Source: Harriotta raleighana (Eukaryota). From it: DNA of 64,000 nt. Both the position numbers and the translations under genes were made by a program. The stretch covers positions 3,447,377 to 3,511,376 of the forward strand of contig JBNZDD010013687.1 in the NCBI GenBank assembly GCA_050575255.1. The letters run 5' to 3'. The first letter of the stretch is position 1. Each line of letters opens with the position of its first letter. This document shows, piece after piece, positions 28,987 to 40,461 of this stretch. The notes beneath the pieces are model-generated. The model was not told the origin of the DNA. It made no database searches and saw only the letters and a list, made by a program, of their open reading frames with translations.

Positions 28987-31900
28987 ATCTCTTTAAGCTG
29001 CATTGAACCTGGTTCAATGGATTTAAACGTCTTTGGCGAAGATTCGCTGGAATGGGATGAGACTGACATGAGTAATAACCTAATTGGTATCCAAGATGAG
29101 CTACCTGACCTTGCATGTGAACAAAATAGCACACCACAATTATCACCTGAACCTTTGGAAAGTATTACTGATGAATTCATGCTTGATCGATATAGCAGTG
29201 GCCCTGGTGAATCACTGTATAGTCCTGGTGAAGCTCCTTTCTCATTAGGTGCACGCTTCTATCAAACCTACAATCTGCAGAATGTGCAGTTCTATGGAAG
29301 AGATCGGATGACATGTTTCAAAAATATCCCCACCTCAAAGTATCCAAACAGTTTAGTCAGGAGTAAAAGTAAAGATTCATCATTCTCATCCACCGACTCG
29401 TTACCAGATCTGTTAGGGGGCTTGACACCAGCCAAAGAAGACAAACCAACATCACAAGGGCCTTCTGAGAATGAGAGTGGAATTGTCAGTGAGGGTGATA
29501 CAGAAACTGCAGCAAACTCTGAAACCTCTCTTCCAAATCAAGTTGATCAATCTCAGATTCACAGCACTCCTAAACCTCTGCACCCCCTGATAGAGTTAAA
29601 ACATAAGGATTGTCTGATTAGATCGTGCATTTGTAAAAGACAGGGTTCTGTCGAAAAAAAGGAAGGAACGAATTCAGCAACAAAACAAAGAACAAAGAAT
29701 GAAGTTGAATCAACAAAAAATCTTCAGTCACTGTCTATGAGTAATGAAGGAAATTTACAGCCCTTTGATATTAATAAAATCACTCCAAAGGGTATTTCAA
29801 ATGATCTGGAGGCACAATATGATGTATTTACATTTTATGACTATTCTTATCTGCAGGGCCCTGAGCTTGAGTTAACTATGACTATAACTCACTCACCTGA
29901 AGAAAAAGCTACAGATGGCAGCATGTCCTCCAAGCCACATTCTGCTGAATATATTTGTAAAAATAAACTAACAGCTCCAGAATCTAAACCAGACTATAGC
30001 AAACCAGAAAAGAGTGCACCAGCGGTATCGGCAGGCAATCCTAAAACCTATTATAGTAAAGTACCTGATGTCAGAGTATCTCTAGATGTTACAAATGATA
30101 AAGAATTTACATTTTTGTCTCAGGGGTCATCAGTGGAATCGTTCTCCATTGCTGGTGATATATTCCAACTTGGACCCAGCAGCTATAAAAATGAATGTCT
30201 TCAACGCAGTGCTTCCTTAGAAAGCTGGTCCATTCCATATAAAGGCACAGAAGAGTTATTCAGCCATCATGGGTCAGGAGACATCAGTATGGGTAGTGAT
30301 TCCGTAGGGGAGCTAAGTAAGAGGACATTAGATCTTTTGAAACGATTAGAAAACATCCAAACTCCAGTAAGTCCAAAAATGAAACGCAGCATTTCTGACA
30401 TCACACTACAGAGTAACTCCCAAAAAATGTCGTTCACTGGCCAGCTGTCACTTGATGCAGCATCATCTGTCAATGAAGATTCTGCTGCTTCCCTGACAGA
30501 ACTAAGCAGCAGTGATGAGCTCTCTTTGTGTTCTGAAGACATAGTTGTTCATAAAAATGAAATTTCAGATTCCAATGCATTGTTCAAAAAACATACCAAT
30601 CACTCGGTGACTGACGAAGCTGATGTCAATATAAGTATGATTGTCAATGTGTCCTGTACTTCTGCTTGTACAGATGAAGAAGATGATAGTGATTTGCTTT
30701 CCAGTTCAACCCTTACACTAACTGAGGAAGAACTGCACATCAAAGATGATGATGACTCCAGCCTTGCCACAGATGATGAGATTACTGAAGAAAGTAATAA
30801 CATTTTAGACGGAAACTATATGAGGAGTGAATTTCATCAGTGGCTTAAACCAAACTTTTCTATCACAAAGGAAAAGAAAAAATTGGATCCAGGTGAAAGA
30901 GTTCAGTGCAGGAAAGAGTCAAGTACTGGGTTATCCACTCTCAAACATATTTCGAGTCTTTATCCATTTTTAAACAATTCTGGACTGATGCTGCCAGAGT
31001 GTAAAGAAAAGGCAAAGAGCACCTCACTCTGTCACAGAGAGAAACATTTTAAACAAACCAGTATGGTCCCTGTGAAACATTTCTGTACTGACAATTTAAG
31101 TGATGATGTAGAGAATGGCAATGTGGCAAAATGTCCACTAAAGAGCAAGAAAGAACTAAGAGTTTTGGACAGCAAAAGATTTTATGAAAAGGAAGAATAT
31201 ACTAGCAATACTCAGAATACAAAATCCTCGAAATTTGAATTCTCTAGTCGACCAGGGCAACAAAAAACAGATATTTCTACCACCTCATACATTCCAGCCC
31301 AGTTTCCCACACAATCTCCACAAAGGAATGAATGTCATGCATGTTTTGAAGACAGCGGGAGTGTGAAGAAAGTTTTACCTTCCCTTGCTTTTGATTCTGA
31401 TGATGAGATTATTTTCTCAGAGAAGCCTGTAAAATATGATGTTGGTGTGTTAAATGGGAAAATAGCTCCAACGTGTGAAAATAAGCGAAAATGCCAACAT
31501 CACGACACAAGTGCAGAATTACTGTATAATTGCCAAGGTGATGAATATATTACCAATGAAGTTTCAGCTGAAAAATCTGATGCTATTTTGTGCTCATCTC
31601 ATCGTAATTGTGAAAATAAACAGTTGGAAGAAGCTAACAAAGATGATACAAAGATTTTTTCAAGTTGTATCTGCCATTCTGATATGTCTCAGAGTATCGA
31701 TGGCGAAGAAGACAGTTCAGTTCACAATTTTGTGATGGAGATAATTGATATGGCATCATCAGCTCTGAAAAACATCTCGCTGCATGACTCTGACATCACC
31801 AGCCCAACATCAGTGGCTCAGATTAAGGAAAAAGTGTTAGAACATTCTCACCGACCGTTGCAGCTTCGAAAAGGGGACTTTTATTCTTATTTGTCCATCT

Positions 31901-32739
31901 CATCACATGACAGTGACTGTGGTGAGGTGAACACTTGTATGGATGAGAAAAGCACCACTCCACTTCCTTTGGATTTCAGTGATGAGTTCAAACCAGATAA
32001 CAGTGCTGAGGATGAAGCCTTTCTTGATGAAGATTTTGAAGAAAAATGTACTGATCATCCTTGTGTATTTAGTTTTGCACTTCAAAAAGAGACAGTTTTA
32101 GATAGAATTCCATACTCTTTGTCCAAACCCGTATCATTTCCTGACAGGAAACCATTGTCACTGCCAAATGATAGACTGGAGGTAATAGTGCCAAAAGTTA
32201 TTCATGCAACACCAAATGATCAGAAGATATTATGTGAAGGAAATCTAATTAAAACAAACAAAATTAGTCGTAACATAAAAACACTTTTAGGCCTCACTGG
32301 TCAAGTAGATCATAAATCTGAAGACAGTATTGCTCCCTCTCTAGAGTGCCATATTGAGGCTCCGTACATTAATCCTTTGCTGCTTAAAAATCAGATGGAC
32401 AATACTGAGTGTTCATCAGATGATGAATCAATTTTTTCTACATGTAAAATTGAAATGCCTGAACCCAACTATACTCAATTAAATATTGAAGAAGCTGAAA
32501 ACCGTAAGTCAGTGAAACAGCCTCACGAAATGAGAAGTAATCTAGTGAAGAACACACAGCCAAATGACAGTCATTTTGAAAAAACTGGAGACAATCTGTT
32601 TATTAGCACTAAAATCCAATTCCCACAACATGGATATCCTGAGTATGAAAATTGCCAAGATATGGAATATGAAATGGAAGACACGCTTTACAAGAAAGAG
32701 AATAATGGCGATTGCGGGTTTGACTTGTCTCAAGAAGAG
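28987..32739 (+). CDS. AKAP6: AKAP6 large coding exon (3753 nt, phase 0/0). Without splicing it reads through to TAG at 32758-32760.
   Basis: ttttatag|ATC TCT TTA, in frame with ORF 29017..32760. Contains AKAP6 motifs SKDSSFSSTDSLPDLLGG, ESGIVSEGDTET, DVFTFYDYSYLQG, SVGELSKRTLDLLKRLENIQ and KEKVLEHSHRPLQLRKGDFYSYLS. Consensus donor GAG|gtaagt at 32740. Confidence 0.95.
31720..31770 (+). other. AKAP6: PKA RII-binding amphipathic helix of mAKAP
   Basis: VHNFVMEIIDMASSALK, matching the mammalian mAKAP RII-binding segment VHNFVKEIIDMASTALK as recalled. Confidence 0.85.
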
Positions 32740-32838
32740 GTAAGTTATATGATCTATTAGATCCACCATTCAGAAATGGCTATACGCTAATTCTCTATTG
32801 TGCATCTGTCTTTGCCATAACTAAAATGGAAATAGTAG

Positions 32839-32844
32839 AATAAA
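32839..32844 (+). terminator. Candidate polyadenylation signal for the unspliced, KASH-less AKAP6 end
   Basis: AATAAA about 80 nt after the read-through stop at 32760. The context is AT-rich, so it may be chance. Confidence 0.35.
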
Positions 32845-33598
32845 AATAATTATTTTAAATTGGTACCACATCAAAGCTTAAATTGGAGAATGCCTCAAAT
32901 TAGTCTTTTTCAAACAATATATTTATTCTTAATTGTGATTGTTATAGAATATGAAATGGGATAATATTAATATCCGATGATCTAATGCGTCATTTCTAAA
33001 GACCATATAGTTAAGTATTGCTTTAAAACACAAGCATGTTTTGTTTGTCCAAGCAGAATGAATGTTTGAATGAAGTTAGCATTTTAATCCCATATTTCAT
33101 GTAAAGGCATAGCTAGCATGAACCTTTGTAAAAATTTAAGATGTCACTTGACAGTTCCTATCTGTTTCTTTCTCTTGTTGTCTCTAAGAACTGGTCATTT
33201 CTAGAATTACTCTCTTAACATTCACAAAGTGCAGATAACAGTAAAAGTCCACACCTACAAAACAATGACATCACTAAAACAATTCACAATGAATTTAAAG
33301 GATTAAGATGCTTGACATTTTGTAGTCTATTAAAAGACTTAACACGGATTAGCAGCATTGTGTATTTAATAAAAAGATTATGGATATTCCCCGTGAATGC
33401 TATGATAGTAAGACATTCAAAAGTACGGTCAAAGAATACGAGTTATGTGTATAAAGAAGATTTACTATGATGGCTTTTATGATGCTGTATAGCTTAACTA
33501 AGTGTTATTGAAACTAAAGTTGTGTTTATGTTTCACTTTTTATTATGCCATTGGTGGAATCAGAGTAATAAATAGTAATACACTTTTCTGATTTTCAG

Positions 33599-33739
33599 AT
33601 TCCTAGCTCTTCAAAATTTATAAAAGGGAAACCCAAGAAAGCTAAGAACAATAGAACCACTGGTGATAACCTTACTGTTTGTGCTTTCCATCATAACGAA
33701 TCTCTGCATGACTCTCATGCTGCAAGATCTGTGCCCAAG
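33599..33739 (+). CDS. AKAP6: Candidate AKAP6 cassette exon (141 nt, phase 0/0)
   Basis: Strong acceptor cttttctgattttcag|ATT, open frame IPSSSKFIKGKPKKAKNNRTTGDNLTVCAFHHNESLHDSHAARSVPK, donor AAG|gtatag. A second donor gtgagt at 33748 lies past an in-frame TAG. Confidence 0.55.
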
Positions 33740-34463
33740 GTATAGATGTGAGTTGAACAAACATTCTTTCTAAAAATGTGAATATTCAATTGATTAAGAA
33801 ATCTTGGCACAATTGTCAGATGAGTTAGACATTCTCTAGGGAATCAATGCGCTTTGGAATCAGAAAATAGCTCTTTTTTCACCATGATTGTAAAAGCCTA
33901 AAATAGCAGTCTACATGGTGGCATGATTGATTTATAATCTAGCCTAGGTAAAACTACATTGTTAATATACAAATTTCCAGAATAGATGGTTAGATTAAAT
34001 AACTAGTACTGTAAAAATTATTACTGGCGGTTGGCTTTTTTTTCTGATGCAACTGCCTTAGCATCCCACAGTTTGAAGATAATATGATTAGGGGAAAGGA
34101 ATGTCAGCACTCCCAATTTCTCCTTTCCAACAAGCTGCCTTGAAAAACAAGAATGAATTTGTATCTGGTGTAAAACAATAAGCCTTTAGTTGTTGTCGCC
34201 TTGCAAAATTGCCAGTGGACAATGGAAATCTATCTCATTATGACCAGTATGTACACTATTCTGCTTGTGTATTAAGTTTTTAAAAATATATAATTCACAA
34301 ATTCCCTTATAAATAGTTGATCGTTGCATAATTAAGCCAAAATCTATTTAATACATAGAGTAATCTTTATAATTTACTTCCTGTTCTGCTTTGTTGCTTT
34401 CTGGATTCATTGCTTACAGCTCTTCCTTTACTTTTATATGTCATTTTTTTTATATAAATGTAG

Positions 34464-34498
34464 AGGTCAGTAGCAGCAAAACAAGATCAAAGGCAAAG
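34464..34498 (+). CDS. AKAP6: Candidate AKAP6 35-nt micro-exon (phase 0 to 2) bridging to the KASH exon
   Basis: Long pyrimidine-rich tract, then tag|AGG TCA GTA GCA GCA AAA CAA GAT CAA AGG CAA AG|gtaact. It supplies exactly the phase shift needed to enter the exon at 35370 in frame. Confidence 0.65.
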
Positions 34499-35369
34499 GT
34501 AACTAGCTAGATCCAGATATTTCTGCCTAATTTGGAAGGCGAATACATGCATGTCTGGAGTGCTTCCTAGAAGCTGTAGAAGAGATGTACTTTGCGTTAA
34601 TCTCTTCGGCTGCATTCTGACAGTCATTTCTTCATAATCCTCATCACAAGCTCCTGCACTTTGCTGCATGGTTTAATTATCCCAGACTGACTCCTCACTG
34701 TGGAAATCAAACCCTATGGCTGGCCAGATGTTATTGCTTTCTTGCTCCCAGATATAGAAAAAACCTGAAGTTTAACATATAAATATATACAGAGTGGATA
34801 TGAAAGAAATTAATTTGGAAGTGTCTATAATAAATATACAGTATTTGATTGCTACATTTAGGTCACTTACTTTATAAATAGTTTTAATGACTTCAGGTTT
34901 TTATAATCATTTGGGGCCCAATGATTGCTGCTTTATGTATCCACTATCACTGGGCTTGCTTCAATCAATGTTGTTTTCATATTGACATATGTATCTGAGG
35001 GTGTTGTCTGCATATTGAAGCTCATAGATGAGGATGAATGCAGGAAGGTCACACGTGACAGATTACTAACTTCCCTAGTGAAGTTATTATTAAAAATTGA
35101 TAAAGCCCTGAACAATAATTCAATACTATTATAATTTATTTTTCCAAACACTTTTACTGTCATTTCTACTTTCGAATATAATGTTTTGGGCACATGCTTA
35201 TAAATAGCTCAAGTAGTTGTTTACTGGTAATCCTAGAATTCTGCTAAATAATGCAATCATGTTTTTTAAATATTTGTAATATTACCGATATAGAATGGTG
35301 ACAAAGTAATGGTTTATAATTCTGTATTGTCCCTGACTACAACATGAATTTGTCTTTCTTTCCCTTCAG

Positions 35370-35649
35370 AAATCTGGCTGTATCCTTGCTCCATTTTTGT
35401 CCACCTATTCCCAAGGTAGCCTCTAATCATATTCAGTCAACCTCTTCCTCACTGATATCCAAGTCAAGCTCTTTCCAAATGCGAGTTTTTCATGCAGGTG
35501 TGATAATCTGGTTGCTTCTGCTGATCCTTTGTATGGCAATTGCTATAACTCCCTTGTTTGTAATACCATCAGATTGCAGCAAAGTTCGGCTGTTTTCTTC
35601 TTCATGGACTCCTGTCCTAAGCTACCTCCAAGGACCCCCTCCATTCTGA
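35370..35649 (+). CDS. AKAP6: Terminal exon encoding a KASH domain (35473-35646), most likely the last coding exon of AKAP6
   Basis: Strong acceptor tctttctttcccttcag|A (phase 2). Ends FQMRVFHAGVIIWLLLLILCMAIAITPLFVIPSDCSKVRLFSSSWTPVLSYLQGPPPF-TGA: a hydrophobic TM segment plus a luminal tail with PPPX at the C-terminus. The KASH call is strong; assignment to AKAP6 is inferred from splicing. Confidence 0.85.
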
Positions 35650-35847
35650 TTTAAAGTTTATTAAATGTCCTGCTTTTTGTGGCAATAGGCATTTTTTGAT
35701 ATCTAAAGGAATATTATAGCATTTGCATTTACAATACCAAGATGTAATTTTGTTTAAATTTCTGTAATGGCATTTGATATGAATGCATTTGGAATATATC
35801 AGAGTAATATGGTACTTGGAAATTATTGGGGCAATGTGTCAACTTGA

Positions 35848-35853
35848 AATAAA
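35848..35853 (+). terminator. Candidate polyadenylation signal after the KASH exon
   Basis: First AATAAA about 200 nt after the TGA at 35649. Others occur at 36485 and 36506. Confidence 0.35.
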
Positions 35854-38049
35854 ACAACTGTTTATCATGCATACACATGCATATGCAAACAAAAGATGTT
35901 GGCCAAGTTGTGTTAACTGTGCTTCATCTGTCAAGCGGAACCCTGGATTTTATTCAATAATTTACCTTTAGTTATTAAAATATGGCAAGTAACATATTAC
36001 TTAAAAGAAAAATCTGAAGTTTATATTGAGTAACAATTATAATATATTGATACAAACATGTAAGCAAAGTTAAAACAATATCAACATAGAATTCACAGAT
36101 CGAATCTATGCAATACTGAAACTCTAAAAAAAAGTAATTGAAAAAATTGTTCTACATTGAAATTATAGGCATTTCATTTGGTTCAGTACCATCATTTTCT
36201 TATTTGCTCTTAAAGGGAAAAAGAAAGAAATGTTTTAACAATGTGTGCCTTGCTGTATTTCTTATACCTTTTGTTAAAAAGCTGCATTTCCCTGAAGAAG
36301 TTGGTTTAAAGATATGGTATAGCAAGATTAGGCTGTGTGTATAATTTCTGTACATATGTAGAAGAAAATGCTAACATTGATGTATATGATATACAATGCT
36401 TTCTTGTTTTGTGTTAACTTGTCCAGTGGTGTAGAAATATTAAGCCTTAAACTGTTAGATTGCATGGGTAAATTAAAGTTGGCAAATAAAAATAATTTAT
36501 CAGACAATAAAGTGGACTGAGTTATTGGTTTTCAAAGATACAGTAACATTTTCTAAAGAAGAGAAGCTAACAGTGGTCTACGCTTTTGGTATTTAATACT
36601 TTGTGTTAAAGGGAGAAAATAACATAAAATATTCAATGATATAATTGTTGTGAAACATCAACAGTGTTCAAGATGACACTGATCTCCCCTTCTCCTTCGA
36701 CCTAATCAACATAAACATTACAGTATTTCTTACACTGCTTTTTAGCACTCGGGAGGCCAAGCTGTGACATCACAAAGAGATCGAGATATTCTACAGTTGG
36801 AAATCCCATTAAGTGAACATACCCACTGTAAATCAGCACTAAAATTGTTCTTTATTAGTAAAAAGAATTACCAACATAATTTGAATGTTTAATTTCATAA
36901 CAATCTAACAGCGAAGAATTAAAGAAGATTACAAGAAGATTAAATCTGAAGACAAATAGGTAAGATAATTTTTTTTATAAAGGTATTAGAAGAGATTTAA
37001 TACAGATGCAGAAAATGAATGATTTTTAGATCTAGGCAGAATAAATGATTAATAAGATTAATAATAAAAATGAACACAACACCCATCCTTGCAGTTGATG
37101 TTAGGAGGATGTCTCAAAACCATTTACAGGAATTACGGCAAAGTGTAGTGACTGCATATTACGTAAGTAGATTGGCATAATGTTATAAAAGAAAATTGGG
37201 AGTTGGGAGGAAAAAAATGTAATTGAAATTACAGCTAAGATTTTAAAAAAATCATTCATAAAGGAAATGTTTAAACAATTAATTGACAAAAGATAAAAAC
37301 TAGAGAGAAATTGTAATGTATAGTAAAAAAAATTGGGAAGATTAGTTATAGTTTAATTTATGCTGATTATTTATGAGGTTATTTGAATTGATTCTTCATA
37401 AGGAATTGTGGGATCATTACACAATGATGATTTGGGTATTGAAAGAATGTGTAGAGAAGATATTTGATTATTAAGTAAAATTACCTATGTAAAAACTATT
37501 GCTATATTTAAGGCACTATTTAGAATTTGTTACAGTTAGATTGTATTCAAATTTGTGCGAGAAATAGCCTTATCTTTGTTATAATGTTTTTTGTGTTTAG
37601 TTGAGGTCAGGTTCACAATTGCAAATAAGTATGACCAATAATAGTAATGTGCGGAATTACACAAACAACCAAACAAAATTACCTTTATAGAGTGCCTTTC
37701 ACATCAAGAGGAAGTCCCAACACGCCGATATCAAGAATGTATTGGAATCTGAAGTTCAGATGAATGATTTATTATTTTAAATTAAAGAATATTCATGATC
37801 CCTACAAAAACAATCATTGTAACAGATCTACTTCTTTTGGCAATTCATCCAAAAGATGGAATTTAGGAACAGTAGAATACAGAGATTGTCCTATTTAAAC
37901 CCCTGCCTAACATTTCCATTGTTGCTTTGGTACATTTGTAAAACTTCACTGCCATCATATGCTACAATTTCAGTTTACAGTATTTAGAGTTTTTGGAGCA
38001 CACTAAATGTTAATGCTCTAATCTTTTAATCTTCTAATATTGGATGCAT

Positions 38050-38900
38050 TGTGGAGGTCACCCAGGGATGTAATATCATGTAATAAGGAAGTAAAATGTA
38101 AGTAGGAAAGTTTGCTTGGAAATGTTATATTCTCATCTAGGATTAGGCAGATATCTGAGGAATTGGAATGAAAAGCCTGACCGTGGGAATTCTAGGTTAA
38201 TTTCTTTGACTCACAAATTGATTTTTTAAAGGCTTTCGCCAAATTAATAGATGAGATAATTTCATTTGCCTTCTGACTTTCAAACTACTGTATTTGACAA
38301 AATATATTTTGAGGACGAATATCAAATGATAATGCAGAGTAAGCATGAAAATGGGATTCGATTGGCAATTTGAGGGGAAAAAAACAACAGCACAGATTTG
38401 ATGGACAATTGGCCTCATTCAGTACAGTAACATCGTACTAATAGATTGTTTAAAAAGGAAGAGTTTATGGAATTAGGATGCATCAGTAAAGTGCACCAAG
38501 AACTTCATAATCAATATCAAGCGGAGAATAATTATAAATGCACATAATTCAAACTGGCAATAGTGACTGGTAATAATCTTCAGGGATCATACTGTTACTT
38601 TTCTCAGTCAACAACCTACATGCGGAAGATCAAAAGCACAATTTTCAAGTGGCCCGATAATACAAAATTGTGCATGGTATCAAAATCTGTGTATAAAGAA
38701 GCAGATACTCAAATGGATCGTGGAAGTCTCAGAGATTTTCTTAATAATTGACAAATAGTTTTTATCAAGGATGCAAACTAATTGTGAGGCTGATAAATAT
38801 CATTATTTTTTATTACAAGATTAATAGTTGTAGTCTAAATCAAACAGAGTAAACAGATTTAGGACTTGGTATTACAACAGTATTCAGTCAATTGGTATTA
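38050..38900 (+). mobile_element. Highly degraded CR1-type LINE reverse transcriptase relic
   Basis: ORF 38563 reads (V)TGNNLQGS...IKSTIFKWPDNTKL...TQMDRGSL, a decayed version of CR1 VTSGVPQGS...ISKFADDTKL...LQxDLDRL. Confidence 0.5.
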
Positions 38901-40461
38901 TGACATGCATAGGCAATGTGACAACACTATAAACCAGACAAGAGGAATCAGAGCATTCATTTTTGGAAGCTTGAAAAGCATTCTGTTGAATTCCAATGAT
39001 GTTATTTTACTTTTCTATAGATGTTAGTGTTGCAGCGCTAATCTACTCCACAGAATGAGTTTTGTGCACTGAATAACCTTTTCTAGTTGCATGGACTCTT
39101 AATCATGTCACTCTCCATAGAAAGTTGCCCTGACTGTAAATATTAAAGAAATGTTGGTTTAAATTCAAGAAAACAGCATCTATATTTTATTAAAGCCTGT
39201 GCTATAAAGGGAATACTTGATAGCAAACAGCTGTGTACAAGATTTCTGCCACTTCATTCATGGAATAAAAACCATTCACAGCCCTTCTCTATCAGATAAC
39301 CTTGATACATCTCAAAGGGCACGAAACTTGTCCATAAGGGATTATAAATTAACTGCCTCCATCAATTAGTATGAAGTAAATAACATTTTGATACTGTATC
39401 TAGAAGGTATAAGCCACACTAAATATTATCTAACTATAAGAATGTATTATATTAATGACTGTCAATTTGAGTTCTAATCCAATGCCCCAAAATCTTTTTA
39501 GATATGAAACACACCTTATTCTAACAGTTGACATTTTAAAGTCAAACATTTAGTTATTCCTATTGAAGATTAATTTCTCAAACATAAATACAATACACAG
39601 TGAATGACAAGCTATCCAGATAATTCATTTCAAGGAATATATTGATACGAATTATGGAGCAACTCCTGTAAGATATGAAATTTTCCTTATCCATGCGATA
39701 TGATTGTCTGTTTATTACACAATCACCAATGTGATTCTTCTATTTACAGTATTATACTGTAGTTATGCTACTCAATTTGCATTTAATATTTTTTTACAGC
39801 AAATCAACGGAAACAGTGTGGTATAAGTCTAGTTTAGTGGATCCAATTCTAAGGTACTTAGGAAGTTGTTTTGTATCACTTCTCTTTGAATTTACTGTAA
39901 AATAACTCCTCCCTGATTGCAATGGATGTGGAAGATGACTTTAAATTCATAAACCGTACGCATAACAGTTACTGATAATCTTGAAGCTTTTTAACATTAT
40001 TAGAAAGTCAACCACACACACATGGCTCCTTAATAACATTAAAAATTAACCAGCATCGGGTATCGATTTGCAGAGCTCCACATATATCCTTGGGTATGCA
40101 TGGCTTTTTAAAAAAAAACTTAGACATATCCCCAGGTGAGAGGAATTTGGAGCTGGTAATATAACTCTGCCAGCTCCAAACCATTCCATTTCAGGCACTG
40201 CATCAAATTGGTATCTGCAGTGTACCACGGCATTTAAAGAGTAAGAGTTGACTATTTGACCTTTTTTTCAAAAAAAAGTTAATCTAAGGGTAGATAGTTA
40301 TAAAGTGTAACTTCACAATTTTGTTTTGCTTTCTCCATGTCAGTCAGCCATTTAGATTTCTTTGTTTATTGAGTGCTCCTGACATCACCAACAATACTGG
40401 CTTGGAAGAATTGTAGATTCCAGCAGGGCCAGTGAATTTACATAAAGAGTTGATAACTGGA

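Noticed and set aside
29017-32760. 1247-aa ORF as a stand-alone intronless gene
   Set aside because: It is the large internal exon of AKAP6: there is an in-frame acceptor at 28986, upstream AKAP6 exons, and a consensus donor at 32740.
35416-35497. 82-nt internal intron (AAG|gtagcc...catgcag|GT) that would also restore the KASH frame without the micro-exon
   Set aside because: The donor is weak, and removing this segment would delete FQMRVFHA, which matches the conserved N-terminal part of KASH domains. It is less parsimonious than the micro-exon path.
35344-35649. 101-aa ORF as an independent mini-KASH gene using ATG 35344
   Set aside because: The first codons (MNLSFFPF) are the polypyrimidine tract of a strong acceptor and no promoter-like sequence is nearby. 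Splicing from AKAP6 explains it better, though a short isoform is not excluded.
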